Positions 36,310 to 50,559 of a DNA stretch of 64,000 bases are shown one piece after another (the stretch's first letter is position 1; each line of letters starts with the position of its first letter). The position numbers and the translations under genes were made by a program. Location: contig NC_068981.1 in NCBI RefSeq assembly GCF_001194135.2, positions 57,101,072 to 57,165,071 of the forward strand. Direction: 5' to 3'. This stretch comes from Octopus bimaculoides (lineage: Eukaryota). The notes beneath the pieces were generated by a model. That model searched no databases. It worked only from the letters and a program-made list of their open reading frames with translations, and was not told the DNA's origin.

Positions 36310-36830
36310 GTGAGTTCCTGCACAGTTTCTACCTACCAATTTCCTTCACAAGGCATTAGTTTGCCTGAGTCTGTAGCAGAAGTAATTTGCCAAAGATGCC
36401 ACACCATGGGACTGAACTCCTTCCCCACACCCAACAATAATCAAAACCTAAAGATTATCTTCCAAAATGTTTGTAAAATAGGTTATGTTTATTACAAGCA
36501 CACATGGCATTATATATGTCTTACGAAAAGTCATGAAAGGTCACATGATGCCCAAGTGTTACAGGTTGCCCATGCAATCGTTTTATGAATAAGCATGGTT
36601 ATGTGATTAACAAATTTACTTATCAACCACTTGGTTTTCAGTTCAATCTTTGCATGGCACCTTGGGCAGGTATCTTGTACTGTAACCCCAGGCTGACCTA
36701 AGCCTTGGGAGTAGATATGGTAGATGGAAATTGAAAGAAGTCTTTCATGTGTGTGTGCATGTCTCTTTTTCTTGACATAGCATGGTAGTTGTTGTGGGAG
36801 GGTGTCATCATCAGTCAAGGAATATCATTG
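36310..36830. mobile_element. Two degraded family A SINE heads (36310-36420 minus; ~36590-36830 plus)
   Basis: CAGTTTCTACCTACCAATTT..CACAAGGC..GGGACTGAAC and GTTCAATC..GGCACCTTGGGCAGGT..GGTAGATGGAAATTGAAAGAAG. Confidence 0.7.
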
Positions 36831-37569
36831 ATTTCCAGTCTTTCATGAAAACATGTCCAGCCAAGGGGAAATATTACCTTACTTGAAAACAGGTGAGGAT
36901 TCGCATCAGAAATAGCATCTGACCTCAACATATTTCCTCAGACACATGCAAACATTGAAAAATGGACATTAAAACAACAATAATGATATTATACATATAT
37001 TTTATCCTTTGAATATACAGGAAAAGTTAGTGTCTGACTCTCAGTGTCTTGATTCCCTTGCAGTGCTGAATTGATATAAAATTCCAAGTGTTAACATTTG
37101 ATGCATGAAATTTTAATAGCTGAGATTTTTTCATAATTAAGGTACATATGGAATATGGTAAAAGCACCCTAATGAGTTATAGAATTAGAGTTTAACTTCA
37201 GTTTACTATCCATTGTGCAATCTTTAAGTGGTTCTCTCACCTTCCTGTTTAATTAACAATGCTTATAAATAAATAAAAGAAAATATTTTTTTTTATAAAA
37301 TTTCAAAAGAATAGTAAACAAGTTATTTCTTGTCACCCTTTCTCTCTTTTTTTCCTATAATAGTTTCCTGCTATAAAACAAGAATAAGAAAGCCATGTTA
37401 CCAGAAGTTGTTTTATAGTATACTATTAGAAAATAGTTGACATTCTCTATCCTGTTATATACTTATATATTACAATGTCCCAAACTAAAAGCATATCTTT
37501 TCTTGATATTGCTGTTTGGCCCTTGTCCAGCTCTACTTGAGCAAACAATCTCCAACAGTCATAGATATT

Positions 37570-37800
37570 TTTGTCATAATCATGTTTTTTTAAGGTCTGG
37601 TACTTATCCTATCAGTATCATTTTCTAAATCACTAAGTTACAGAGACATAAACACACCAACACCAGTTGTCAAGCAGTGGTGGGGGACAAACACACACAC
37701 ACATATATATTTATATACAACAGGTTTCTTTCAGTTTCCATCTATCAAATCCACTCAAAGTTTTGGTTGGCTCTGGGCTATAGTAGAAGACACTTCCATG
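37570..37800 (-). mobile_element. Family A SINE, partial
   Basis: GGTACTTAT..CACTAAGTTAC..ACACCAACACCAGTTGTCAAGC..TTCTTTCAGTTTCC..GCTATAGTAGAAGACAC. Confidence 0.8.
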
Positions 37801-40800
37801 CCAAGACCAGATCTGGCTGGTTTGAACATAAAACCAAAATACGGCCAGTTTAGGGTTAAGAGAAGATTAAAATTATAACAGTGAAAATGATTGACCAAAC
37901 ACTTGTACAGAAACATGGAGATCTTGTAATTAGAAAGCTAAAAAGAAATTAAGCTTTTAGTGAACATTCTAATTCTGAAAGAATAAATAAATAAAATATT
38001 CATAATGTAAAGTCAGTTAGGTCTGGTGAAAAAGAATAGATTATGAAAAAAAAGGTGAGATGACTGCATTTATCTCCTGGCATCCAGCTATGATTTGATC
38101 TTACAGCTATTTGTTAAATATGCATTACTATTTAGCTTGGACTCTGACAATATGTAACTACTTAGGAAAATTGTGTCTGTATTACATACTAAATTTTAAT
38201 ATCTCAATAATGAGCTAAAACTCATATTGCAATATTTATCTAATAAATCTTCCCATATTTTGATAAGACAATCAGATTAGTCAAACAAAAAGATTATTTC
38301 CTTAGATACAGAAATGTTGCTTTTTTTTATAATATTAAACAATTGATTTTATAGAAAACCGTTCTTGTATACCCAAATTTCTCAAATTTTTTTTTCTAAT
38401 GTTGAGAATTTGTAGGTAAATCCAATTTAATCTTTTGATCAAACTATTTTAACATGAGTATGTGTTTCATCTTAATTCAGCTGGATATTATAATAGGAAG
38501 GAGTATGTTTGTTGCTTCGCTGCTTGAGGTAAAAGACAGTCTTTTGTTGTCGGAATGGATGGCAAAGATTCTGGACTCGTAAATATGCCGAATAAATGAT
38601 GGCTTGTACACTGCATACAAGAGATAATTAGAAATAAATTAATTAGTACCACTACCATTCCATCACTGATTAAACACGTATTATGCAGTAACGAAGACTG
38701 TAGTTTGAGCTGATCTATGGGAATAAAGTCCCTTATGATGTTTTAAGATGAAAAGAATTAATAGAAAACATCACAGATTAACAACATCAATTTGTAATAA
38801 TGACAATATTTTATAAGTCTAGAAAGATGATACGAATAATATAATTTTGCATTCCTGTTGTACTTTATTCTAGATAATAGCTAAGTAGTAGTGAAATCAT
38901 AAAGTGAACAAGTTGTTGGAATAGTAATTCTTAGGCCTTAATTTCAAATCCACTACAAGCATCTCATTGTAAATATGGACAATATTTCCATCTATTCATC
39001 TCATATCTCTTTGTTATAGGGAATATTTAGCAGATTTTGAAAGAGTATTGTTATCTTTAATAAATTGGTACTTTATTCAGAAGAAGATTTGTGTCATTCT
39101 GCTTAACACTCTCAAAATGACTAAACACTAAACCAGAGGAGTAAATTTGCATTTTCATTTATTCCATTTTGCAAATATTGGCCAAGGTGTTTGTATAATT
39201 GATTTTTAACATAAGCACAACATTTCAAATATAGGGGATGGTTGTAGCTGATTAGATTAACCCTAGTACTTGACTGGTCTTTCATATTACAAATATTTCA
39301 CAGCCTCCAAAGGGAGTCCACTCCTATTCAGAATGACCAGATTGTTGAGTGTCTATGGACACAATAATGCAACAGCCACAATATGCTTGGTAGGTTAGTT
39401 GTCCAGTACACTATCAACTTCCCTATTTGTTCATTTAACTGTATACAATACAAAAATAAGATTATTTAAATATTGCAATCCATCAATGGCTTACTTGGAT
39501 TTATGCGGTCAAATTTAGTACACAAATATGTTTGCAGTCAATTCTGATGAATAAGAACAAATGGTATGATTATATATTAACCTGTGGTATACTGAACTGA
39601 TCTTCCTGTTCCTGACTAGATTTTTAAGAATATAAAATATTGTTTAAGGATATAATTCTATGTTTAACTATTTTAAACAGTTTTTATATATTTATTCCAA
39701 GAGTAACTAAATAAAAGCAGTATCAAACCTTTGTGATGTAATATTTGCTATTATAACTTTGTGGTTGCTATGAAATTACCAGTGTTTGTAGAGCCTAGCA
39801 TTTGTAGGATATGCAATGAGTTTATCTTTGTGTTTTTCCTAAGTAGTGAGGATATGATGTTGACTGAACAAAGTATGTATATTGGGCCTAATGAGTAACA
39901 GATAGGTGTGAGAGAAGACAAATGAACAAATGTGTTTGGAAGATGTGTCACTAAGTTTATTGTAACACTAAGATTATTGTATCATTACAATTTTGTTTTT
40001 GCTATTATAACTGTTAGTGTGGCAATGATGGGTATTCTGAATAAGGTGTTTCTGTGTCATGATGGGCTCATTGTCTCATGCTTGTTTGTATGAAGAGCTT
40101 ATTCTCTCAAGTGCTTATATGTAATGATGTGCACATTATACTTTAAATATTTGTATAATAATAATGGACACAATTTCATAGATGTTTGTGTGTGTGACGG
40201 GCACAATATTTCAGATGTTTTTAGGCATGTATAAGTGAATGGTACTTTTGTACATTACTTCATGAGGTCTCCAACACTTCAGAGCTAAAGAATTTTCAGG
40301 CTGTACAAAAGAAACTAAATTCTTTCAATACATTGACAGATACATCGATGTATTTATTTGTGTGTTACTAATCAATACCTATTCACAAGATTGCCAATGA
40401 ATTCTTAATAACTTCACATCTACTTGCTGAAGTATATTTTGCAAATTTTAGTCATTCAAGATAGTTATCTGTCTTCTGCCCAATTTTCAAGTCAGTGTGT
40501 TCCTTAAAACCCACCCAAATCTTTCATTGTAAGAAGTGCAACAATTGTCAGCTGTCCTTTGATCTGAGAATGGTTGCCCACCAAATTTTAAAATGAAGGC
40601 ATCTAGTGGGAAGAGGAGGCATTCACATGCTGTTTTGCTTTGTGTTGCCACACAATCTTGACAGAGATTACTTAGTCCAATAGGAAGAATTGGAGGTAGT
40701 AGACTATTGCAACCATCATCCATGATCACAACTATTGAAGGTATGTGATCCAACTCTGTGTGTCTTTTCAGAATTAGAACTTCATCATAATCCTGGCATT

Positions 40801-42443
40801 GGAAGCAAGAAAGTTTATCACTGGCTGAGGTACAGACTTGAGTCTCCAGGAGAAAGGCATGATTTCATGTTGCTTTTACAGATTGAATTTGAAGAGTGCT
40901 CTGCACCATATCCAAAGCTGCAGTAATACAGCAGTATATAAATAGTTGATTTAAGACTGGATTCCTAGAGTCCTACATTCTCCTCCCTCTTGGTTATGAC
41001 TTTTCTTAGCAACGTTTAGTAGTGTCTACCTGTAATCGGTTTACATATTCAGTACTAGAGAGAGAACACTTAAGTAATAGATAAATCAGTTCATATTTAA
41101 GGTTAGATTTGTTTGTCGACTTTATATTATCAAGTTACCCATTCCACTTGCAAATAAAAGCTTTGTTTAGGACAGTTTGATGTTTAAAACTTGATTGCAT
41201 GATGTATAATGTAAATTGTTTTTCAAAAAGAAAGGTAATAACAGGTGTAAACTTACTAGTACAGTATATTGAGGTCGTTATCAATTGAATGCACATTTTT
41301 ATATGTTTACCAATATAAGTATACAGATACAGATATGTTTGAGTATATATAGTTATGGGTATGTGTAAATGCATAAATGTATGCATATATATGGGTGGTT
41401 ATAAATATAACTATTGGTACCAGTGGGAGGTATCTATTGGTACCAGTAGAAGGGGTGGAAGACAAGTATTTTTTTTAAATAGGTACACATACACATGTAG
41501 ATCCAGAGCTATATTTTTGTTTCAGTTTTAATTTTTTTTTTATTTTTCATTTTGCCTACTCACATAATTCTTTGGTAAAGCTGTTTTTTCTATAGCAGTG
41601 AGTGCTGTACCATGAAGCAGAAATTTGTATATTTATCTTAGCACTATCGAGGTTGTCAACGAAGGCTCAAAAGCACTCTGTGCCCTAGCCAACAAGTATA
41701 TATGTAGCTACTTGATTTCAGTGTAGATACTGTTTCTTTTAAAGCTGCCTCCACCATAGCTTAGTACACAATCAGAACCCCAAAAGACATATGGGCAACT
41801 ATGTTGTTGTCATTTAATATTAATTTAAGAACAAAGATGCCAACTTGACATTTAAAATCTCATCAGTTAAACAAGAGAAACAATTATCCAAGATATTCCA
41901 AAGAAAATAGTTTAAATCCCATTCAATTCATATCTATAATTTATATAATAGAAAGGATTAATGTTTACCAAATTAAATCTGCAAGGAATTGATTGAACAT
42001 ATATCTCACTTGCTCCCTATGTTTCATTATTCCACTGGTTCTGTTCCTACACTCTTCCTAAATTACTACACTTAAATATATTCATGCTAAATAGGATTGC
42101 CACATCTTTGCAATAAAAACACATGCACACACACACACACATTACTACCTTATTTCACTTTCAGTGACATTGATATTCCTACCTAGTTATTTACACACAA
42201 ACATACACACACACACACATAATTCTGTTAGTTTTCCACTCCTGTAATATATTAATGGAATATTATGCTCATCTAATTCTATTTTGGTTTTTAATTCATC
42301 CCTTGAGATCTGCTTAACTCCACTAAGAAGTCTAGGTTACTGAAATTTAAAAAAAAATGTTTGTTAAATATATAATTGATAATATGTGAAAAAAAAATGT
42401 GTTCATAGCATGTGTGTGTATGTGTTTGTATATGAATAGATAA

Positions 42444-42478
<35 letters not shown>

Positions 42479-43787
42479 TGCATACATACTTGCTAGTGTG
42501 TGCGTGTGTGCGCTGCATATTATTCATTTAGTTCTAGAATTTTTGACAGGCAGAGGGAGATGAGGGGACATTTAGACTATACTATTGGGAAATTGGAATA
42601 TGTTTGCTTATCTCCAGAGTGTTACATTTGTTCCAGCTTTTATCTGTTCTGCCAAATCCTATAGTATTGGGATACTTTCTCTTAACAGCTATGCTTAAAC
42701 TGGGAATTAATGATATCACTGTAACCATATGTGGATACGAATATACTTGTGATATCATTTTAGCTATGCGAATAGAATTTTAGAAAAGCAATGTGGATAT
42801 CATATATGATTTTGAAATGCCTTTCAGAGAAATCACTTAATCTTGAATGTAGATCTTTTTAAATATGCTTAGTGATATCACTATAGATATACATTTATAT
42901 ATATATAATTGTTCCTTTTGTGTCATGATAATATCACAAGGCCCAGAATTAAATTTTGTCATGCTGGATTTTAATTTTCCTTTTATCGGGGTTTTTTTTT
43001 TTTTTTTTTTTTTTTGCTAATAGCAAAATTGCTGTGAATTGGGCTAGACTTGTTGTAAAGGTCTGACTGTCTACAACTTCCATTTTAAGCTACTTGGATT
43101 CTTTCGTATACTTTCCAGTATGTTTTTGAAAGATTATATTGAACTTGCAAGGATTATATGCAGGAGCACTGACATTTTGCTGAAGCTCTGCTCAACAGAG
43201 CTTCAAATCCTACTGTTTAAAGCTTTCGTATGCTTCATATTTTTAATCTTAGTAGAGATCATTTCTGGACAACAGTAGAGAGAGAGAGAGAGGTGGGGGG
43301 GGGATATGTGTGTGTAAAATAGTGTGGACTGTTTTGATAATTTAGTTTTGATAGATCAATAACTTTCAGCTCCTCAGAAATACCAGAACTTCATTTATAT
43401 GATAGCCCTTTTTGTTATAGCATAGATGATTTTATTTCATTTTCATCATTCCTCTTATGTCATCCTCACTATTTTATAATAAAAACAATTAACCATTGTA
43501 TTGCATGGTGTGGCTCATGTTGTACGTGTGTAGGGGATATAAAAATGACTTGAAAAAATTTTAAATATAGATATTAACCACCATTAAAGCAACTTGAATG
43601 ATAAAGTGATTACATCACGGGAATTATACCAATTAGTATCAGTCTTAATTAATCAACCAGTGGGTTGAAAATTTCAAGTTGGTGGGATTTTTTTCTTTGT
43701 GTGCTCTTAGTGCACTTGATGCACGCGCGTGTGTGTGTGTGTGTGGTAACTTTATGACTAGCAACGAGGGGAAAATAATGCTATCTT

Positions 43788-44058
43788 GCTGGACTGGCTC
43801 CTGTGCAGGTGGCACATAAAATACACCATTTCGAGCATGGCCGTTGCCAGTACCGCCTGACTGGCCTTCGTGCCAGTGGCACGTAAAAGCACCCACTACA
43901 CTCTCAGAGTGGTTGGCGTTAGGAAGGGCATCCAGCTGTAGAAACTCTGCCAAATCAGATTGGAGCCTGGTGTAGCCACCTGGTCCACCAGTCCTCAGTC
44001 AAATCGTCCAACCCATGCTAGCATGGAAAGCGGACGTTATACGATGATGATGATGATG
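43788..44058 (+). mobile_element. Family B RTE tail, 5'-truncated
   Basis: Near-identical to 5760-6021; ends in (GAT)n. Confidence 0.9.
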
Positions 44059-44418
44059 AAGCTAATGAAAATGGCTGCAGGTTCCTTACAACATTGTTCT
44101 TTTGTTAATTTAGAACATGTATCTCAAGGAATCTGTTTCATCATGCTTGTACCTGTTGAATGGATTTGAAATTTTAAGATAGTTTGTAGATATGTGTGAA
44201 AGTAACTTTCACATATTTTCAACTATATTGACTAAGACGATTGAACTGAGGAACATTTTATCTGAGAATATAATTCTATGTCAACTATTGGTTGACGAAA
44301 AGACTGTGCAGCAGGTTCAGCCTATATCTGTATTTATGTTTATGTGTTTGACAAGATTTCTTTTAAAAAAAGAAAGAAAAGAAAACACCCTTGTGACAAA
44401 TAGATATGACATAACTAT

Positions 44419-44800
44419 TGTTGGCACTCCATCACTTACGACGTCAAGGGTTCCAGTTGATTCGATCAACGGAACAGCCTGCTCGTGAAATTAACGTGCA
44501 AGTGGCTGAGCACTCCACAGACACGTGTACCCTTAACGTAGTTCTCGGGGATATTCAGCGTGACACAGTGTGACAAGGCTGACCCTTTGAATTACAGGCA
44601 CAACAGAAACAGGAAGTAAGAGTGAGAGAAAGTTGTGGTGAAAGAGTACAGCAGGGTTCGCTACCATCCCCTGCCAGAGCCTCGTGTAGCTTTTAGGTGT
44701 TTTCACTCAATAAACACTCACAACGCCCGGTCTGGGAATTGAATCAACAATCCTATGACCGCAAGTCCACTGCCCTAACCACTGGGCCATTGCGCCCCCA
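44419..44800 (-). mobile_element. Well-preserved tRNA-derived SINE with a conserved central domain
   Basis: Minus-strand A-box TGGCCCAGTGG, B-box-like GATTCAATTCC, CpG-rich central block GAGAACTACGTTAAGGGTACACGTGTCTGTGGAGTGCTCAGCCACTTGCACG. Confidence 0.85.
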
Positions 44801-46012
44801 CAAAATCCTCCAAACTGGTGCTCCATAATGGCCCTTAACTAATGACTGAAAACAGAAAAAGAATAAAATTAGAGCTTGAATTATAACCTTACAAAATATT
44901 CAACACTATAGTTTCATAATAACAGCAAAGTGTAATACATCTTATACTTTGAAAAATAATGGTAATAAAAATAATGTATTTTAGATCCACACTTAGAATA
45001 ATTATAAACTTTGTTTCTGACTTGTCTCATCTCAACTGGTTATACACACTATTTTAATGCAAGCTTGCTAGGATAGCTGAAAAACCAAAAAGCAGTGAAA
45101 CTACAAAACTACAGAAAGACATACAAGATAGTGTTCTTTGCTTAGCGGTACAACAGTAATACTTTAGCAGGAACTAAAACTATGATAATGCAACTCATTA
45201 GACTAACAATTAATCTTAAAGTGGTTGAGCCTTCTTTATATATATACATATATATANNNNNNNNNNNNNNNNNNNNNNNNNNNNNNNNNNNNNNNNNNNN
45301 NNNNNNNNNNNNNNNNNNNNNNNNNNNNNNNNNNNNNNNNNNNNNNNNNNNNNNNNNNNNNNNNNNNNNNNNNNNNNNNNNNNNNNNNNNNNNNNNNNNN
45401 NNNNNNNNNNNNNNNNNNNNNNNNNNNNNNNNNNNNNNNNNNNNNNNNNNNNNNNNNNNNNNNNNNNNNNNNNNNNNNNNNNNNNNNNNNNNNNNNNNNN
45501 NNNNNNNNNNNNNNNNNNNNNNNNNNNNNNNNNNNNNNNNNNNNNNNNNNNNNNNNNNNNNNNNNNNNNNNNNNNNNNNNNNNNNNNNNNNNNNNNNNNN
45601 NNNNNNNNNNNNNNNNNNNNNNNNNNNNNNNNNNNNNNNNNNNNNNNNNNNNNNNNNNNNNNNNNNNNNNNNNNNNNNNNNNNNNNNNNNNNNNNNNNNN
45701 NNNNNNNNNNNNNNNNNNNNNNNNNNNNNNNNNNNNNNNNNNNNNNNNNNNNNNNNNNNNNNNNNNNNNNNNNNNNNNNNNNNNNNNNNNNNNNNNNNNN
45801 NNNNNNNNNNNNNNNNNNNNNNNNNNNNNNNNNNNNNNNNNNNNNNNNNNNNNNNNNNNNNNNNNNNNNNNNNNNNNNNNNNNNNNNNNNNNNNNNNNNN
45901 NNNNNNNNNNNNNNNNNNNNNNNNNNNNNNNNNNNNNNNNNNNNNNNNNNNNNNNNNNNNNNNNNNNNNNNNNNNNNNNNNNNNNNNNNNNNNNNNNNNN
46001 NNNNNNNNNNNN

Positions 46013-46222
46013 TTCGAGCGTGGCCGTTTTCGTGCGGGTGACACGTAAAAGCACCCACTACACTCTCTGAGTGGTTGGCGTTAGGAAGGGCATCCAGCTG
46101 TAGAAACTCTGCCAAATTAGACTGGAGCCTGGTGTTGCCATCCGGTTTCACCAGTCCTCAGTCAAATCGTCCAACCCATGCTAGCATGGAAAGCGGACGT
46201 TAAACGATGATGATGATGATGA
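46013..46222 (+). mobile_element. Family B RTE tail, young subfamily (5' part in the gap)
   Basis: Near-identical to the reverse complement of 48586-48790. Confidence 0.9.
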
Positions 46223-46986
46223 TATAAAACAAATAGTAAATGAGTATATGCATATATACATACAAGTATGGGCATACCTACATCTACCTGTATATATAGG
46301 TGCATATCTGGGTACAGGACGTTGCAAACAAAACGTAGACAAAAGAAATAATAATAACCAGAGTANNNNNNNNNNACAAAAGAAATAATAATAACCAGAG
46401 TACAGAAAACACACAGGCCACATAGAGAACATTTTTCTTCATCAGCTGCCACCATTCTAACACAGGCGTTAGCACACTCTAAGATGTAGAGCAGTTAATA
46501 TTATAGTAGGGTAGTCCGGCTTATGGGGTTACCCTGGGTTTCTTGCTCAGAAGGGGTTTAGCCTTATATAAAATATAGTAGCTGATGAGTGTTATTGAGG
46601 CAAAGCTCATCATTCTCTTAATGGAATATTAGATATCTCCTAACAGCTTACCTGACTTTAACTTCCTAATTTTTCTTTTTAACTTAGTCAGGAGTAAGGA
46701 ATGATCTCTCGTTTCTTCTCCCATGCAGAGATGAGACTTTGTATCCAATCAGGATGAGAATTCACGATCACAGCAATATCGAAAGAATCTTTGGATCAAA
46801 CTTGAAAAACTTTTACTAGTTTGAATTGTGCCCTATATCAGGACAAGTGTCTTTGTCAAATTTTCCTTCACCACTTTGCTCTTAGTGACCTGCTCTAACT
46901 GTTATTTCTTGCTGTGATCTATCCAACAGCCCTACCTAGATTATACCCATGAGCTCTAAGCAATGTGTTTCTTGTCTTAAAAGACC

Positions 46987-47042
<56 letters not shown>

Positions 47043-48585
47043 ATTTTTATTTGGTTTCAAACTACTTGGCCTATATAGTTGCTTCTAACTTCTCTGAATA
47101 TCCCCCCAGGAATATTCAGGGGGTATAATGTGAAAGCCATGACTAATTCTCACTTGATATAGAATTTAATAAACTTCAGATTATTTTAAAAAGGGAAAAA
47201 GAAGAAGAAATTAAATAAATAAAAACTCCTTTGAATATATATATATATATATATATTGTGTGTTTATGTGTGTGTGTGTACGCACATGTAAGTACACACA
47301 TATATACACATACATAGTGTGTTTGTGCTTGTGTATTGTTTGTCTTACATTTACATTTACTTTATGCATACTGCATATTGTTGGGGAAATATTGGTGATG
47401 ATAAGGACTGTACATACTCGTTTGTGTATATGTGGGTGTATGTACGTGTGTGTGTGTGAATTCAATTGGCCTATGTTCCTAAGTCAGTCACCTCCCCCCC
47501 ATCTCTCATTTTTTTGTGTTTTTCTCACTCTTTCCTTTCTCCACCTCTCTTTCATTTGCAATGATATAGCTTTTACATTGCAAAAACTGTTTCATTTCCT
47601 TGAAGGCCCTTGAGAAAATAAGACTTAATATTTCTCAAATGAACAACAATTATATTTACCACCATATCAAACATCTTTCCCCTTACCCTCCACACAGATG
47701 GAAAAAAAAAATATTAGTCAATTTCTTGTACTGTTTAACAAATCAAAATAATAATTTTTAAAAAATAGAACAAAAGCACATTATTAGAGGAAAATGTAAA
47801 ACTCAATACTAGCCTTTCTCGTTTTGTTTTGTTTTTAACAACATTCAAATCTAGAAAAGAGTAATGTAATACTGAGAAGTGTGATGTTTAATTTCAGTTT
47901 TGTTTTCAGATAATAGTTTGCCTAACAAGTTTTGTGTGTAGAAAAATAAATGTATATTTGTGTGTATCTGTCGGGGAAGGGGGTATAATTTCTCCAGTTG
48001 AATCAGAGAATAATATTAATGGAAGAATATTTGCTATTTATCAATTAAGGTGTTTCAAGCAATTAGTGTCTTTTGTCTTAGTTGCAAATATTTGTTTCGA
48101 TGTATTTTCTGATGTTTCTTCTTTAACAAGAAAAATATCTGACCTCAAAGTGTCATGTTATTATTATTGAACATGAAAAAAAAAATGTAAAATAACCAAA
48201 TTTGATAAAATAACAATGACAATCTCTACTACTACTTTACTGTACATTCAAGCTTGCTGATGGTATTTCTTTGTTTTGTCTTGTTTTGTTTTCTTTAAAT
48301 ATTGCAGTTTTCAACATTATTCTTTCATTATCTAACATACTTTGATAAATGTTATAATACTTCATTTGTATTAAAAATAACAAGAGAAACCGAGACCAAA
48401 AACCATGAGGGATTAACATATATTAGCTTTGGTAATCAAAAATTTAAACAATCTACAACAATGTTATCTCCAATATTTTTGAAAACTATTGCATCATATT
48501 TTAGTTATTGCTTTAATATGATAATGTTCAAAGAATTTCAAATCAGGTTCCAAAAAATCATGTAAAGTCTGAAGTATTTACAGCT

Positions 48586-49942
48586 CATCATCATCATCGT
48601 TTAACGTCCGCTTTCCATGCTAGCATGGGTTGGACGATTTGACTGAGGACTGGTGAAACCGGATGGCAACACCAGGCTCCAGTCTGATTTGGCAGAGTTT
48701 CTACAGCTGGATGCCCTTCCTAACGCCAACCACTCAGAGAGTGTAGTGGGTGCTTTTACGTGTCACCCGCACGAAAACGGCCACGCTCGAAATGGTGTCT
48801 TTTATGTGCCNNNNNNNNNNNNNNNNNNNNNNNNNNNNNNNNNNNNNNNNNNNNNNNNNNNNNNNNNNNNNNNNNNNNNNNNNNNNNNNNNNNNNNNNNN
48901 NNNNNNNNNNNNNNNNNNNNNNNNNNNNNNNNNNNNNNNNNNNNNNNNNNNNNNNNNNNNNNNNNNNNNNNNNNNNNNNNNNNNNNNNNNNNNNNNNNNN
49001 NNNNNNNNNNNNNNNNNNNNNNNNNNNNNNNNNNNNNNNNNNNNNNNNNNNNNNNNNNNNNNNNNNNNNNNNNNNNNNNNNNNNNNNNNNNNNNNNNNNN
49101 NNNNNNNNNNNNNNNNNNNNNNNNNNNNNNNNNNNNNNNNNNNNNNNNNNNNNNNNNNNNNNNNNNNNNNNNNNNNNNNNNNNNNNNNNNNNNNNNNNNN
49201 NNNNNNNNNNNNNNNNNNNNNNNNNNNNNNNNNNNNNNNNNNNNNNNNNNNNNNNNNNNNNNNNNNNNNNNNNNNNNNNNNNNNNNNNNNNNNNNNNNNN
49301 NNNNNNNNNNNNNNNNNNNNNNNNNNNNNNNNNNNNNNNNNNNNNNNNNNNNNNNNNNNNNNNNNNNNNNNNNNNNNNNNNNNNNNNNNNNNNNNNNNNN
49401 NNNNNNNNNNNNNNNNNNNNNNNNNNNNNNNNNNNNNNNNNNNNNNNNNNNNNNNNNNNNNNNNNNNNNNNNNNNNNNNNNNNNNNNNNNNNNNNNNNNN
49501 NNNNNNNNNNNNNNNNNNNNNNNNNNNNNNNNNNNNNNNNNNNNNNNNNNNNNNNNNNNNNNNNNNNGTAAGAGCTCTCTAAACTTTGCCCAGGCTATTC
49601 TTATTCTAGCAGCTACACTTTCAGCGCACCCACCCCCACTACTAACTTGGTCGCCCAGATAGCGGAAGCTATCGACTACCTCTAGTTTTTCACCCTGGAA
49701 TGAGATAGAAGTTGTTTCCTGTTTGTTTGCAGTCTTTATTGCACCTGAACATCTGCCACAAACAAAAACTAACTTGCTAGTTAACCTGCCTTTGATGTTG
49801 CTGCACCTCTTATGTGTCCATAGCTTGCACCGGGTACATCTTATAGAGTTACTACCTACTCCTTTTCTACATACTGAGCAGGGCCATCTACCTGAAGGGG
49901 TTTGTGTTTTATCTACCTTCCTACTTATTAGGATTTTGGTTT
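48586..49942 (-). mobile_element. 5'-truncated young RTE LINE spanning an N-gap (ORF2 part 49568-49940; tail 48586-48810)
   Basis: Open frame TKILISRK...WPCSVCRKGVGSNSIRCTRCKLWTHKRCS...VCGRC...LEVVDSFRYLGD...IAWAKFRELL, with the same-strand (GAT)n tail. The ORF track misses the minus frame because it lacks a start codon. Confidence 0.9.
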
Positions 49943-50559
49943 AAAATATTAAGTCTCTTTGGAAAATAAGTTTGTGCTTGATATGACCTTTTATTCACAT
50001 TATTACTTCATGTTTGCTTCATTTGTAAAACAATACATCTTGACAGTGATTTATAGTTTGTCTGGCAATGCTGCTAAACCATTAAGATTGTCTGCTACCA
50101 TTAAAATTTAAACGGTCATCATATTTTACTTCATTATTAATTTGTTGTCATCATTACATGTTTACGTGATTGTATTAGACTATATCGTACATAGTCCCAT
50201 AATATGGAAAGAGTTTTTGGTAAGTATAACAGAGCAGAATAAAAAAAAAACATTAAGTCAGTCTGCCCACAAATCAATTTCAGTTCTTAGTTTTAGCCAT
50301 TTTTCTTACATTTTCAATGTTCTTGAGGAAGACAGGATCTTTACAACATTCCATTTTTATAATTCAATTCAATATCTTATGCTTATATATTAAATCATTT
50401 TATGAAACTCAGTTTCTGCTATTGTATGGGAAAATTTCTTAGCAAGATACTGAAAAATATTTTAGCAAAATAGTCCAAAGTTCTTACACATGGTTTACCA
50501 AGCTGATGGTTGAAGGGGGAAATTTTCAAAGATAGAATATCAGTGAGTTACAGATCAAA

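Noticed and set aside
40300-40930. GC-richer block with splice-like sites and a LRIHWQ peptide on minus
   Set aside because: Implied introns would be only 31 and 52 nt; the RTE-like resemblance is too fragmentary to call. Probably an old LINE relic.
46322-46410. 27-bp direct repeat either side of a 9-N gap
   Set aside because: Typical overlap of unmerged contig ends.
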